A stretch of DNA of 64,000 nucleotides from Leptogorgia sarmentosa (GCA_964658305.1 OZ210885.1:22940001-23004000), one strand, 5' to 3'; counted from the first letter of the stretch, positions 38,910 through 53,167 are shown. A program made the numbers and translations. Notes: generated by a model from the sequence alone, not told the origin.

Positions 38910-40775
38910 AATATATTGCTCTGACAAAAATGGAATCGAACAGAACAGATTCAGTCGTTTTAATCGAAACATGGACTTCTAACTGACAACTAGTCCCAGT
39001 CCTTTCCCACGTATTAAGACGACCAGCCTATAGTCCCTAGGCCTCTCTTTTGGACGATTCAATTTGGTGACGTCACATCAAGTTAAACGCGTGCAGAGAG
39101 GGGACTAGGGACTAGTCTGTAAGATGACCTGAAATGAGTTTCTTGCAAAGTGCAGTTAAGGTTGATTTAACGACGTAAATTTGTTGACCAATTTTCGACG
39201 TTGCATCAACGTTGTTAAATGAACGTTCTTTCACATTAAAATCTAGTTAACGTTTCAACTATTTTCAGCCACACGCACAAATTAAAGATGTAGTTCGATG
39301 GGAAAACTAAGCGGTGCCTTTTTTGGAAACCTTTACCATATTTAATCATTAGTTTCCAGTCCCACCGTGTGAGACGCTGACAGCGATGTTGCTCTTTCGA
39401 TTCGGTCTTTCCTCTTTGGCCAAACCATTGACTGTATGAAAATTCTTCTGCTGTGGGAAAACTAGTAAGACGTAAATTGCACGTTTTAGTTCGAAAAATG
39501 CTTTTAAAAATTAGGATTTAAAAGCGGCGGGAATTTTGTAAAAACTTTTTTCTGGGGAAAAATAACATAAACAGGACTATTTTTGGCCTTGCTATATTTT
39601 TAAAATTATTTGGAAAGGTTTTCTAGTTGTTAAAAGTAGTTATATAAACGCATATTTTTCGGGGGATATTCTACCGCAAAATGCGAAAAGCTGCACATAC
39701 GTTTTTTGATGCTCTTAATTCAGTACAGTTGTCCACAGCTACATCGTGTCAATCATTTTATCGAGCAAACGAATTAAATTTTTTGTTATCATCTATTTTG
39801 TTTGGTTTCGAACTAGTTTCAAACTGAAAATACCGCTTTGTGTTTTCAAAGAAAGAGTTTATAAGATGAAATTATCAAATTAAATATGTACTATATTTTA
39901 GTTGAACTTGGACTACGGTATATTGTTGTACTGTCAGATCTATGCATGTATTTCTAAAAAAGGGACATGTGTAAAAGCTATTATTTATAAGCAGTGGCGT
40001 AGCCAGTCCGACAATTTGGTCCCGCTATGCAAATTCTAAAGTCATTCTTCATTTCTTTAGAAACTGATTGTTTTCACAGTCTGTGAACTGAAAATATTTG
40101 CATATGACCAAGTTGCCCCCCTATCTGCTAGACTTTGTAAATGAAGTATGCAGCATATATATATGATTTTAATTATGTATCAAGACAGACAGCCTTCTGT
40201 CATCATCCCCTTTAGGCCAAACCCAGGACAATACAGCAATTAAATCCCTGGGTGAGGAATTGCTGGAATAAATTTTGTCTGAATAGCTACATGGGGATAT
40301 GTGTTGTGTGTTCTTAATTTGGCATTATTCATGTTTTAGTTTTTGCCAGAGTGGGAAATTGTTAACTTTGTAGGACCAGGTGGGGGTGGGGATTTACCAC
40401 ATGGTTTTAAAGTTTAAACAATACAAAATTAGCCTGGGGGTAACACCTGGAATTACTCCATGCATCACCCAGACATCTTTGCAGCCATTAATACTGTATG
40501 TAGCCATGTATTAAAATTGTACCAGCACCTTCGAGTGATCCAGATAGCTATCCTTATTTTTGCATCTTTGTAGAATAGACGACGATCTGCCTTAATTAGA
40601 CCTTTGACTTTCACCAGAATTGAAGATTGTGGAACTTCCAAATTAATTAATTAATAATATGAAACTTTCAAATTAAATAATAAGTGTACAACATGATCTA
40701 CTAGTATATACATGTATATCATGTTCGAGGTTTAGGATAAAACGGGCATGTAGGGCATAGCCTGCGTGACAGGCA

Positions 40776-43700
40776 TGTTGGGAACTGACGGAACAGATAA
40801 GACATTTGTTTTAATTAAATTACGTAATGGGGTATCATATAACATTTAGGGATGGGTATAACTTAGGGAGACTGGTGAAAATGAGCACTCTTTTGCACAC
40901 GTGTGAAGCTTAGCGAGTCTGAGACAGCGAACGAGCAATGTGATTATTTTAAACTCTCTATACTATCAAATAAAACTGAAAACGTATTGTGACTTGTTGA
41001 GGACTACAGTTTACGGAGGCAAACATTCTCGACACGTGGCACCTCCGACGGGATTGCTGAAACGCCAGCAAGCTACGAACGAATATTTGATGTGATGGAT
41101 CCTGACGAAAAGAAGCTCAACACAAAATTGAAACAACTGGCCATTGCAGTTGGACACTCGAAGCAAGCTCTTGAGTCAGGTAAGACCGAATCTATAAAAC
41201 GGCACCTTCAGGCGCTACGAAAAATTATCCGTGAGGCTAATAACGCCAAACAAGCTGCCGAAGCAGTGAAAATTGATAATAGTGAGGACATTGAGAAAAT
41301 AGACGAGTGGAATAATGAAGTCGAGGCTAAGCTAGAAATTGCTGACGCCGAAATCGAGAGACTTCAGAAATGGATTTCGGAAAAGGAACTTTCGGAAGAA
41401 ATCGTAGCGCAAGAAGGAAGGCTTAAGTTAGAGCTAGCGATGCATGAAAAGAAGCTAAAAATGCAGCATGAATTGTCCAAAACTGAACCGGAAATTAAGG
41501 AATTTGCCAGCTTCCAAACGGCAAAATTACCTAAACTTGTCATTTCGAAGTTTGATGGCTCGTTTATGGATTGGACAAGGTTTTGGGGGCAGTTTACTGA
41601 AGCTATTGATAAGAGTTCGATTCCCCCCATTACGAAGTTTACATACCTTCGCGAGTTACTGTGTCCAAAGGTCAGACAATGTGTCGAAGCGTTGCCATTC
41701 ACAGCCGAAGGCTATAACCGTGCCAAGGCAATATTGGGCGATAAGTACGGCAAAGAATCCGAAATTATTAATAGCTACGTTAAGGAGATACTAGATCTGC
41801 CTTACATTACAAGCGCAAACCCACGCAAAGTAGCCGAGTTCAGCGAAAAACTCTCGTATTCTGTCCAAGCCCTTGAGACAATGAAAAAACTCGACTACGT
41901 TAGGGGAAATGTTGCCATGACCCTTGAAAAACTGGCAGGGATAAGGGGCGATCTAGTACGTACCGATCCTGAGTGGGAGTCTTGGGATTTCTGCAAATGA
42001 ACCGAAGCCTTGCGCCAATGGGTAAAACGCAACCCGGTTGGCTCGAATGACAAGGAGCGCGATGATCAGATTCATCAGAATTGTCGTAAACTGTTTCACT
42101 CGCGCGGCGAAGAAGGGAAATTGCGGGGCTGCGTCTATTGCGAGGACAATGGGCATAAAGCGTTGCAATGCGAAAAGGTAACTGACACGGGCGAGCGAAA
42201 AAGGATCTTAGCAAGAAAGGGACTGTGTTTCAACTGCGCCACACGAACGCACCGCGCTGCGGAATGTGTCAGCAAAACGTCATGCCAACACTGCAATAAG
42301 CGTCATCACTCGTCTATTTGCGACAAACGACCGGAAAACCCCGAAAGTCAACGGAAATTGATGACAGACGGTGCGAGTGACGATGGAGTCTTTCCAGTGG
42401 TCGTTGTCAAGGTGAACGCCGTTAAGTGTCGAGCGTTGATAGATTCTGGCGCCGGCGGCTCTTACGCGTCAGCGAAATTGATGTCAATGATTGCCAAACA
42501 GCCGAGTGAAGTGAAGACACAGCGAATTGACATGTTGATGGCTACGAAAACCACGAGAATAGAAATGTACGATACCGAAGTGTGCTCGTTAGACGAAAGT
42601 TACAAAATCAACGTGAAATTAGCAAAAGTTGACAAGCCTGAGTTGCTGCATATAAAGAATCCCGGATACGATAAGTTGATACGCGAGCATGACCACCTGC
42701 GAGGCGTTACCATGGACGACCATGATATAAAGCAGCAATTACCGATACATCTGATCTTGGGAAATGGAGAATACGCGCGCATCAAGACTAGTACCAAGCC
42801 CCTAGTCGGCCGTGGAGACGGGGAACCTGTGGCAGAGAAAACCAAATTTGGCTGGGTGATCATGAGTCCGGGAATAGACTTCGATCGCGGTACGATGCTT
42901 TTGACGCAGACGTCACAGTTCGAGTTCGAGAGTCTCTGCAGGCTGGATGTTCTCGGGTTGGCTGACACGATGGAAAACGACCAGAACGTGGTGTATGACG
43001 ATTTTAAGGAACAACTCGTTCGGAATCTCTCTGGCTACTACGAAGTGAATTTGCCCTGGAAAGCAAATCATCCTAAGCTACCAACAAACGAAGCCGGTAG
43101 TTGACGGTGACTGACATCTTTGGTGCGGAAGTTAACTCGAGAAGGGAACTATGAGCGTTACGATGACGTCATTCAAGAGCAACTCGAACAAGGTGTTATC
43201 GAAATGGCTCCGATCGAAGCGAAAGGGAAGGAGTTCTACCTTCCACATAAAGGTGTCATTAAACAATCAGCAGAGACTACGAAATTGCGAGTGGTGTACG
43301 ACGCATCAGCGAAAGAGAGCAGCGATAAACCTTCCTTGAACGAATGCTTGTACCCAGGACCACCACTCCAAAATCAGTTATGGAATATCCTCGTTCGGGC
43401 TCGATTTCATCCTGTGCTACTCACTGGCGACATCGAGAAAGCGTTCTTACAAGTTCGCATCAAAGAAGAAGAGAGAGATTCTCTACGATTCTTCTGGCAG
43501 AGCCCAGATCGTGACGTGGCCTTAGTGTATAGGTTTACTCGTGCGCTATTCGGTATGACGTGTTCACCATTCCTTCTCGGTGGAGTGATCAACGAACATT
43601 TGAAGCTTTGGGAGACAAGGTATCCTGAGTTAGTGAAAGAAATTCGTGACGAGTTATACGTTGATGATCTGATGACGGGGGGAGAGACGGTAGAAACGGT

Positions 43701-45623
43701 GGCAACGAAAAGATCGAGAGCAATCGAAATATTCAAAGATGGGACGTTCAAGCTCCACAAGTGGCACTCCAACGTTGCGACACTCGAGACTGAAAACGGA
43801 TGCAATTCAACCGAAGAGGAAGAGATATCGTACGCAAAACAGCAACTAGGATCCAGCAAACTGGACACAAAGTTACTCGGATTACCGTGGGACAAGTCGA
43901 AAGATACACTGAGCGTTGAGACTCCTCGGAAAACCCCAGCCACCACCAAACGAGCTGCCTTGTCCGAATTAGCCAAAGTGTACGATCCGCTCGGACTGAT
44001 TTCTCCAGTCACCTTAGCCGCCAAGCAATTGTATCGAGAAATGTGTGAGTCAAAGATACCATGGGACGGAGAGTTGCCAACATCACGGTACCACGCACCT
44101 TGGCCCCCATTTTCCACCCCATCACAGCGGTGACACTGCATAGTTTCGGAGACGCAAGCAAAGTCGGTGTTTCGGCAAGGAGACAATAGAACGCAAGGTT
44201 TGGTCTGTTCAAAGTCCCGGTTGGCGAAGAAGAACCTTAGCATTCCCCGACTCGAACTTGTGGCCGCACATATGGCGTCAAATCTGGTGTACAATGTCGA
44301 GCGTTCGATCGATAAAGTAAAGGTCTCGTCGGTCCACTGCTGGAGTGACTCCACAGTTACCTTGTATTGGCTCAACGGTCGAGGAGAATATCGGCAGTTC
44401 GTTTCCAATCGGGTCGCCAAGATTAAGGAACGAGAACACATTCAGTGGCATCATGTCCCGACTGAAGACAACCCGGCAGACCTGGGAAGTAGAGGTGGCA
44501 AGTGCACGCAGAACCAGCTGTGGCAAAACGGTCCGGACTGGCTAGCTGATCCCAATAAGTGGCCACCGAATGTCATCCTAGAACCGAGTCCAGAGTCCAG
44601 TGCCGAGGTGAAGACTGTAAGAAACATCTTCACTACCACCACCGCGGCGATGAGAGGGGCTGATGAGTTCGACGAGTTGCTGCAAGCTCATGCTCTCCAC
44701 AGAGTGCTCCGTATAGGAGCCTGGATACGAAGATTTGTAGAAAATTGTAGACATTCGATTAACGATCGTAATTTCGGGCCCTTGGTAACTGCTGAGATTG
44801 ACGTTCAACGTTTGTGGTGGATCAGGAGAGCTCAGGGAGACGCGGCAGGCAATGACGAAATAAAAAGGGATACAGTTAACCTAAATCTTCAACCAAATGG
44901 TGGCGGGATTTTGGAATGTCGAGGCAGAATTGAAGGAGAATATCCGATCTACGTACCCAGAGAACACCCGTTCACCAGCAAATTGGTCGAGCAAGCCCAC
45001 TTGTCAACCCTTCATGGTGGCGTAGCAATGACGATGGCCAAAATCAGGGAAACGTTCTGGGTTCCAAAGTTACGACGATTAGTGAAGCGAGTTCGATCCA
45101 GTTGTTGGGGATGCAAACGCTTCCGAGTCCGTTCCTTCGAAAATCCACCCCCCGGAAGCCTACCCGTTACACGTACGCAAGGCTCTACACCGTTTGAAGC
45201 AGTTGGAGTTGACTTCGCGGGTCCGATTCGCTACAAGACGAAAGGGAAGAAAACCAAGAAATCCTACCTAGTTCTATACGGGTGTAGCTTAACGAGAGCG
45301 GTCCATCTCGAAGTCCTGAAGACGTTGGAAGTTGGAGATTTCTTAGCGAGTTTTAAGCGTTTCATTGCAAGACGAGGGCGTCCGAAAGTTATATACTTGG
45401 ACAACGGTGCAACCTTCAAGGCAGCAGACAGATGGCTGAAGAAAGTGCAGAAAGATGAGAAGCTGAACGAGTTCCTCTCCGAGCGGGTAATTCAATGGAG
45501 ATTCAACTTGAGTAGAGCCCTGTGGTGGGGAGGTCAATACGAACGTTTGATCGGGTTATTTAAGAGAGCCTTCTACAAAACCATTGGCAATGGTACAGTT
45601 TACGGAGGCAAACATTCTCGACA
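40776..45623 (+). mobile_element. BEL/Pao LTR retrotransposon with 3' deletion
   Basis: 5' LTR 40776-41034 (TG..CA); PBS-like TGGCACCTCCGACGGG at 41037; only the last 29 bp of the 3' LTR remain (45595-45623); GGCA on both flanks. Confidence 0.9.
41095..45595 (+). pseudogene. BEL/Pao gag-pol (gag with Zn knuckles, protease, RT, RNase H, integrase) with stops and deletions
   Basis: KLPKLVISKFDG; CFNC..H..C; LIDSGA; LRVVYDAS, YVDDL; YDPLG; IPRLELVAA, WSDS; GVDFAGP, RFIARRG, WWGGQYER. Confidence 0.92.
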
Positions 45624-45976
45624 GGCACTCACAGCGCACATCACACCGGATGCATGTGATGCACACCTAGATATCTACGCATCAATATATACACACATAA
45701 TTATATGAAACAGCATGAAACTTAAAGTAGCAATTTATTCATTGTAAGAATTTTAATAAATTATTTATCGCTCTACTTTTGTCTCAAAGTATTGACTGAG
45801 CACTTTTTATCCTTCGATAAGTTTCTTATATATATATAAGCAAATGGACAAAACCTGCCTCAGCCAGCTAAACATCTATAAGTTAAAAAATAGAAGGCTG
45901 CAACTGAAAGTTGCAAGATATATATTTCAAAACTAAAATTAATACATCAAATTTAAATTTCGACTGCATCAGAGAG

Positions 45977-48900
45977 TGTGATATATATGTATTTAAATAA
46001 TCTTTACAAAAGAAAATAAGACCTCATCTATGAGGCTTACTGAACACTAAATTAAAATCAAATATGGCGTCTTTAAATAACAGTACACGGTTGGGGCCTG
46101 GTTACTAATATTAATAATTAAATGAAATAATAAAGTCTTGTAAGTTCAGTACATTCTCCCCTACCTAATGAAATAAGTCATACAAAAAAACTACAGAAAA
46201 TTAAATTACCTAACTACTTAATTCAATACTTTAATCTAATGTTCAATTTACTAAGTAAAGTTTGTTTTAGGCTTGTCTATCCATCCCCTTTTTAACCTTG
46301 CGTAGTTCATAGCTAATAGACCTGCAATTCAAACATATACTAGCCTATCTGGTGCCTTTCGCGATCTCTCTGAACGGCGTAAAGGTTGTGGTTGGTTATC
46401 AATACTTTCTCCGCCCTGCAACTGAGTTTCTTTTCCAGTTTGAGGCAAGTCGACCTTTTCATTGTGATCTTCTGCAAAACTGAGTGAACAGGGTTGATCT
46501 GCACTGTCGGCCAATACTTCCACATTACCAGATGGAGCTAAATGTTTAATGGACACAGTATCCTCTCTTCCGTCAGGAAACCGCACATGAGCATATTGTG
46601 GATTAGCCTCAATCAGATCTACTTCGTCGACTAAGGGGTCATACTTAGATTTCCTCACGTGTCGTTTCAGTAACACTGGACCAGGTGTTGCTAACCAGGA
46701 TGGCACGGAGACACCACTAGTCGACTTACGTGGGTAAGTGAACATACGCTCGTGCAGAGTCATATTCGTCGCTGTACAAAGTAAGGACCTTATGGAGTGG
46801 AGTGCGTCCAACAGGACTTCTTGCTAACACTCGGTAGGAAGGCCTTTCGTCTTAAGTGCTAAAGAGATGGTTTTCCACAGTGTTCCATTCAGACGCTCAA
46901 TCTGGCCATTACCTACTGGATTATAACTCGTCGTTCTACAAGATGAGATCCCCTTTTGCAATAGAAAATTCTTTAACTCCGAACTCATGAATCCCGAGCC
47001 ACAATCTGTATGAATAAATGTAGGCATACCAAAAACAGAAAACAAGGTTGAGAGATTCTTTATGATGGTTTGGGCACTAACGTCTTCGCATGGAAATGCA
47101 AAGGGAAATCTAGAATATTCGTCAATAACTGTTAACATAAATCGGCATCGATTATTACTTGGCAATGGGCCTTTGAAATCCAGATTTAATCTTTCGAAAG
47201 GTTGTGTTGCTTTGATCAAGTGTGAAGGCTCTGGGGAATAAAACTGCGGTTTACACTCTTGACACTCCTTACAGGCTTGTGTCATACGCTTTACGTCTTC
47301 GACTGAAAAGGGTAGATTTCGACTTTTGATAAAATGTGAAATATACTATATCAAAGTCATACATAGATAATTCTATTCTCCATCGCATTACTTTATCGTT
47401 CTTTATCTTACTGTGGCGCTTGGTATCAAACATGTAGGCAACCGACTTTTGATCCGTTATAAGCTTGAAATGCTTACCAGTGAGGTAATGTTTCCACTTA
47501 CGTACTGCTTCAACTATAGCTGCTGCTTCCTTCTCAACTGAAGCGTGTTTCAATTCTGGTCCACTCAATGTTCTTGAAAAGAAAGCAACAGGCCGTCCCC
47601 TCTGATTTAATGTAGCAGAGAGTGTGTGTTCCAATGCATCAGTCTCTACTTGGAAAGGATAAGATTCGTCAATCGCTCCTACGACTGCTTTTTCTATGTC
47701 CTCTTTTAATAGATTAAGTGCTCTAGAAGCTTCTTTTGTCAACGGAAATGAGGTATTTTGAGACAAAGGTCTAATCTTCTGGGAAAAATCCTTAATCCAC
47801 TGTGAATAATATGAAAAGAGGCCAATCGCTCTCTTTTGTGCTTTCAAGTTTGCTGGTGCAGGTAACTCCCGTAAGGGTTTCAATTTTCAGGATCAGGCTT
47901 TATTTCCCCCTTCGAAACCTCACTACCGAGAATACTTACAGTTTGCGTAGAAAACACACATTTACCTTCGTTAAAAACCAAGTTTCTCCTCTTAGACGCC
48001 TCCATAAATCTCTCCAGGTTCTCATCGTGATGAGCCTGATCTCGACCACATATAGTGATATTATCCAAGTAGGCAAATGTGTCTTTTAAAGCTTCTTTAG
48101 AAATGAAGTTATCCATCGTTCGTTGAAATGCTGCGGCTCCATTAGTTACGCCAAAAGGAATTCTGCAAAATTGGTAAAGTCGACTATTTGCTTCAAATGC
48201 AGTATACTTCTTTTCCTCTTCTTTGATTGGTACCTGGTGATAAGCACTTTTAAGATTGACTGTACTAAAAACAGCATATTGAGCAATTTGATTAACTGTA
48301 TCATCAATTCTGGGCATTGGATATGCATCAAGTTGCATAAACCTGTTTATTGTTTCTGAATAGTCTATAACTAATCGTTTCTTATGGTTTTCATTTCGTG
48401 TTACTACCACCTGTGCCCTCCAAGGCGAATCACTTAATTCAATTATTCCCTCATCAAGCAATTTGTCGATCTCTGTGGAAATAAACGCTTTATCTTCCAT
48501 GCAGTATCTTCTAGATTTCGAAGCGACTGGTTTACATTCAGATGAAAGAAACTGAAATAAAGGTGGGGGGTTGGTACACAAAGTCGATAAGCCACATATA
48601 TTCACTGGAGGGGCAGCACCTCCAAAACATATCGTTATGCTCTCATGCTGTTCTTGCCAGTTTTGTCCTAGGATGACATCAGTACACAAATTTGATAAAA
48701 TATATAGCTTGATGTTTCCATAGATTCTATTTTCCAAAATTATATCTGTGTAACAGTATCCTTCAATCTCAGACGAGTAAGAAGATGAGGCCATTGTTAC
48801 TTTTTCTTGGGTAGGATATACTAACAACCCACATGATTTAGCAATATCTGGGTAAATAAAATTATGTGAACTTCCCGAATCTACCAACGCTTGTGCAGAC

Positions 48901-50026
48901 TTTCCATTAACTAAAATACTCACACAGGCCTTCTTCAAAGATTTCGAAGCTGAATGCTTTGATGAAGCAAGCATCAAATAAGATGACTGCGATTCAATGC
49001 AGCGGTGGATTTACAGACTCTTTCAAAATGCCCCTTCTTTTTGCATTTATGACAATGAGCCTCCCTAGCAGGACAGAGTGCCCTTGGATGTAACTTATTG
49101 CCGCAAAAGAAGCACTTTATGTTCTGCGATGCTGACATTACATACCTTCCAGTAGATTCTTGACATTTGTTGGCTAGAAAGTGACACTCTTCCTGTTCCT
49201 TTGACGGAATTATTTCTGGCAGATTATCTTGTTGGAAGTTATTGTTTTTCACTGCAGAAGCCATGGTAGGAAAACTATTATACGTTTCTGAAGTTCGTTG
49301 AGCTGTATCCAGAGCACGAGCTTGGTCGAACGCCACTTGTAAATTCAGTGTTTTATTTTTTAGCAGGCGCTGACGAATACTCGTGGACGATAACCCGGCG
49401 ATAAATGCATCACGCACTGCTTCATCACAATACTGACTTGCTGTAACACTGGCAAAATTACAGTCTTTACTTAAGATCTTTAGTTCTTGAAGGTATTCGT
49501 CTAAGGATTCTCCAGATTGTTGCTTTCTTGTTGCAAGTCTATGTCGTGCAAATATTTCATTGGGCGTTTTCACATACAAACTTTTCAACAGATTTATAGC
49601 TTCCTCGTACGTAGCCGCGTCACAAAATAGTTGGTACACATCGGAGGAGACATAGTTTATTAGTACATTCAATTTATTCACTTCTTCGCCCGGAATAACT
49701 GCCACAAAGTTCTCGAACGTTGCTAACCAATGCCGCCATGATTTCGAAGCGTCTTGAGCATTTGGACTTGTATCAAATCTCTCTGGTCGTAGAACTTTGT
49801 CCATGTTTGATGCTTTATTTCTTCTTCATTGAGTGTTGAGTAAATTAATGTGATATATATGTATTTAAATAATCTTTACAAAAGAAAATAAGACCTCATC
49901 TATGAGGCTTTACTCAACACTAAATTAAAATCAAATATGGCATCTTTAAATAACAGTACACGGTTGGGGCCTGGTTACTAATATTAATAATTAAATGAAA
50001 TAATAAAGTCTTGTAAGTTCAGTACA
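45977..50026 (-). mobile_element. Ty3/Gypsy LTR retrotransposon, probably self-priming
   Basis: LTRs at 49849-50026 (5') and 45977-46153 (3'); 5-bp TSD GAGAG; purine tract next to the 3' LTR; no tRNA-type PBS. Confidence 0.93.
46329..49804 (-). pseudogene. Gypsy gag-pol, frameshifted, with a deletion between RNase H and integrase
   Basis: MDKVLRPERF gag with CHKCKKKGHFERVC; LVDSGS; VIDYS, YLDNITI; ETDA, ITDQKS; LDFKGPL, GQIERLNGT. Confidence 0.9.
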
Positions 50027-50199
50027 GAGAGCCTTCATCAGATTTATATACAGTATATATATATATATTACTATTAGATTGTTCATACTATTGGTTTTAG
50101 TTATAATTTACAAAACAAACGCCAATAGCACACCTTAATATTACTAAATGTTGGAATTATGGCATATTGGTGAACCTATCGACGATTCAGGGCTGAAGC

Positions 50200-52080
50200 A
50201 AGTAGTATGGCTGAGTATAGTAGTAGTGAGGAGGAAGATTCGAATGCTACGTCAAGCGAACCTATGCTACGTCGAGTGAACCCCGATAACAATCTTGATA
50301 GTGTCGACCAGACGGTAGCATTAGTGGCCAGTTAGAAATTTTGGACTCAGTCAATGAATTCAGTCAAGAAATTAGAAGTACGTGCAGTAGTTCTGATGAT
50401 AACGTGGTTGACGACAGCACTAGTGAGAACGAGAATGGTTTTAAAGCAGGTGTCTCGGAGTTTTCCCCAGTTACCTCCCGCCAAAAATTGGCAACATGGG
50501 CGGCGAAAAACAACTGCCATAGAGGTACGGTCAATGAACTGTTGGGAATCTTACGTGAAGAAGGACACAGCCTTCCAAAGGACAGTCAAACACTTTTATC
50601 AACACCTTGAACTGTATCGACTTCGTCAAAGTGTGGTGGCCAGTACATATACCTTGGGATTGAGCATGGTGTTCGACAAATTCTATCGGAAAATCCCTCA
50701 TTTGTGGAAAAGAACACGAGAATCAAACTTAAGATCAACGTAGATGGACTGCCAATTTTTAAGTCATCAAGTTCTCAATTCTGGCCCATCTTAGGTTATT
50801 TTTGAAACCAAAAAGTGTTTGTCATTGCATTGTATTATGGCAATACAAAGCCATCCTCGGTTGAAGAGTATCTGGAGGATTTTCTGCAAGAACTTGCAAG
50901 ACTCAAGCATGATGGCGTCACTTTTGAATCTCATAAGTTGAGCTTAAACATTCACTGTTTTTTATGTGATGCTCCTGCAAGATGCTTTTTAAAGTGTATC
51001 ATCGGACACACTGGTTATTACGCATGTGAGCGTTGTATCATTAAAGGAACATGGAATGGTCGAGTTGTCTTCAATTGCAAGGAACAATTCGAACTGAGAA
51101 CAGAGGAAGACTTCTCCAATTTAGCCTACCAAAGTCACCAGATTCGGCCATCTCCATTGATAGACCACGGTATTTCTTGCATCAATCACTTCCCACTTGA
51201 TTACATGCACCTGGTTTGTTTAGGGGTGACGAAACGTTTGCTGGACTACCTTAAAAATGGGCCAAAACAGTGCAAGTTGTCTTCACGACATATTGTCCAA
51301 ATATCAGAACATTTGGTTTCGTTGCATGGCAGTATGCCCAGTGAATTTGCAAGACAACCTCGTTCTTTGATAGAGTTAGCCTGCTGGAAAGCTACGGAAT
51401 ATCGCCAATTTTTGCTGTATACTGGTCCTGTAGTGCTACATGATGTTTTCACGAAGGAGGCCTATGAACACTTTCTTTCGTTGTCCATAGCTGTTGCGAT
51501 CATGCTCGATACCAATGATGATAGACGTAACGCATACTTACCTTATGCCAGAGAGTTAATTATACACTTTGTACAGAGATGTGAAGCTATTTACGACAAT
51601 ACCTTCGTTGTTTATAACGTCCATAATCTGCTTCATTTGCCTGATGATGTTGAATTTTTCAAAACTTCACTAAATGACATTTCATGTTTTCCATTCAAAA
51701 ACTACATGCAGCAACTCAAACGTCTTGTTCGCAATGCTCAAAATCCTCTTGTCCAACGTCTAGAAGAACTGAATCGATCAAATGGAGCTGGTGCACCTTT
51801 CGATTGGAGATTTACAAGCATCTTGTCAAAATTGAAAGATAGTTGCTTCCTGTTGCCCAATTTGAAGTATGCATTTGTTGTGGAGACGAAAGATGAAAAT
51901 GTTGTGTGCGATGTTATTTCAAACCGACACACTGAAAGCTTCTTCAAAACTCCAGCCGATTCAAAATTATTTGACATTTTTATGTGCGAAATGTGCAACA
52001 AAAGGCAAAGCGATGTTTGGTTGAAAAGTCTCAAATTCTCTCCAAAGCTGTATGCCTTCCAATACAAGGACAAATTCGTA
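50200..52080 (+). pseudogene. CMC (EnSpm/Mirage-like) transposase with stops
   Basis: INVDGLPIFKSSSSQFWPIL, CDAPAR, GHTGYYACERC, LDYMHLVCLGV, WKATEYRQFLLY, YNVHNLLHL, SCFPFKNYM. Confidence 0.88.
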
Positions 52081-52083
52081 CTT

Positions 52084-52330
52084 GATTGCGTAGCTCAGCT
52101 GGTAGAGCGTCGCGCTAGCATTGCGGAGGTCGAGGGTTCGAATCCTGTCCGCAGCAAGTCAGTTTTACTGCTTGCTCGCTTTGGTAATTTCTCACTCGAG
52201 AACACCTTCTACGTACATATATATATATATATACAATTCGATTCCTTATTTTAGAATTTCAAAATACCCTTGCTCAAGTTGGAAAACGCTGCTCCCCCGA
52301 AGAGTCGGAGTTCAATATTGAGCAGGCCTC
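52084..52330 (+). mobile_element. tRNA(Ala, AGC)-derived SINE-like repeat with (TA)n tract
   Basis: A box TAGCTCAGCTGG, B box GGTTCGAATCC, anticodon loop CT-AGC-AT; poor acceptor and T stems; truncates the transposase. Confidence 0.6.
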
Positions 52331-52532
52331 CAACATCGACCAATTCAACTGGAACCAGCCTTGAGGATAACGAAAACCAAAAGCTCTTAGTATGCATAAT
52401 TTTTCAAATGAAAATATGGATCTAAATATATGATTAATTAACTGACATCTATAATTCCAAATTAGATCGGTCTATATGTACACGTAAGTAGAAAAAAACG
52501 TTCATGAATAACCTTCATTTCGATTTGCACAG

Positions 52533-53167
52533 TTATCTAGACTTTGCAACATTGGTGGAGTGAATCTAAAAGAAAACGTTCGCAATGTAATGCATAGGTA
52601 AATTGAATAATATCATATATATATTATAACATATATTTATATGATAATGTTTTGAAAATCAAATATTAGCTGAATTGTATAATGCAAAATAATGACTCTT
52701 TTAGATTGATGGAGAACACTGTAATGGCCCAAATGAATTTCAAAGGCCATGGATGCAAATTTGCGTTTGGTCAAACAAAAATTTTTAAAATTGTTTGTCG
52801 TAAGTATCTAATTTTTGTATGTTCTGCACTGCACTATATACGATTGCAGCAACTACGATATCCATAAACGTTTTCCAGATTCTCCAATTTGTCGAAGAGG
52901 CAAATTTCTGAGTTTTATAAGGGTTTTTAGATTAGAGTTGTGGAAGAACAACCGTATTGCCTCATCGCACACTTAATTACACCGCGCAGCTAAGCAACAT
53001 TGCCACAGCATTATTCTTATTTTAGATCAATAATTATTCCCTTTGTAGAAAGTGTGTTGAAACACCAACAAAACGCCACGGAGGCTGAAATCATAGAACA
53101 AATCAAGGGCGTACTCAAGTATGCACCAGATAGAGTTGGTGGCGGAGGCAGAAAAAGCGCAAGCTAA
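52533..53167 (+). pseudogene. DUF4806-like accessory gene of the CMC element (last exons about 52533-52597, 52705-52800, 53049-53167)
   Basis: IGGVNLKENVRNVM; MAQMNFKG..KFAF; LKYAPDRVGGGGR; GT-AG boundaries. Confidence 0.65.

Noticed and set aside
38990..39116. TAGTCCC..GGGACTA palindromic MITE
   Set aside because: Inverted ends are visible but boundaries are ambiguous and no TSD was found
43407..44441. 344-aa minus-strand ORF
   Set aside because: Antisense shadow of BEL pol with no recognisable motifs
52084..52156. Functional tRNA-Ala gene
   Set aside because: Acceptor and T stems pair poorly and it interrupts a transposase; better explained as a tRNA-derived repeat
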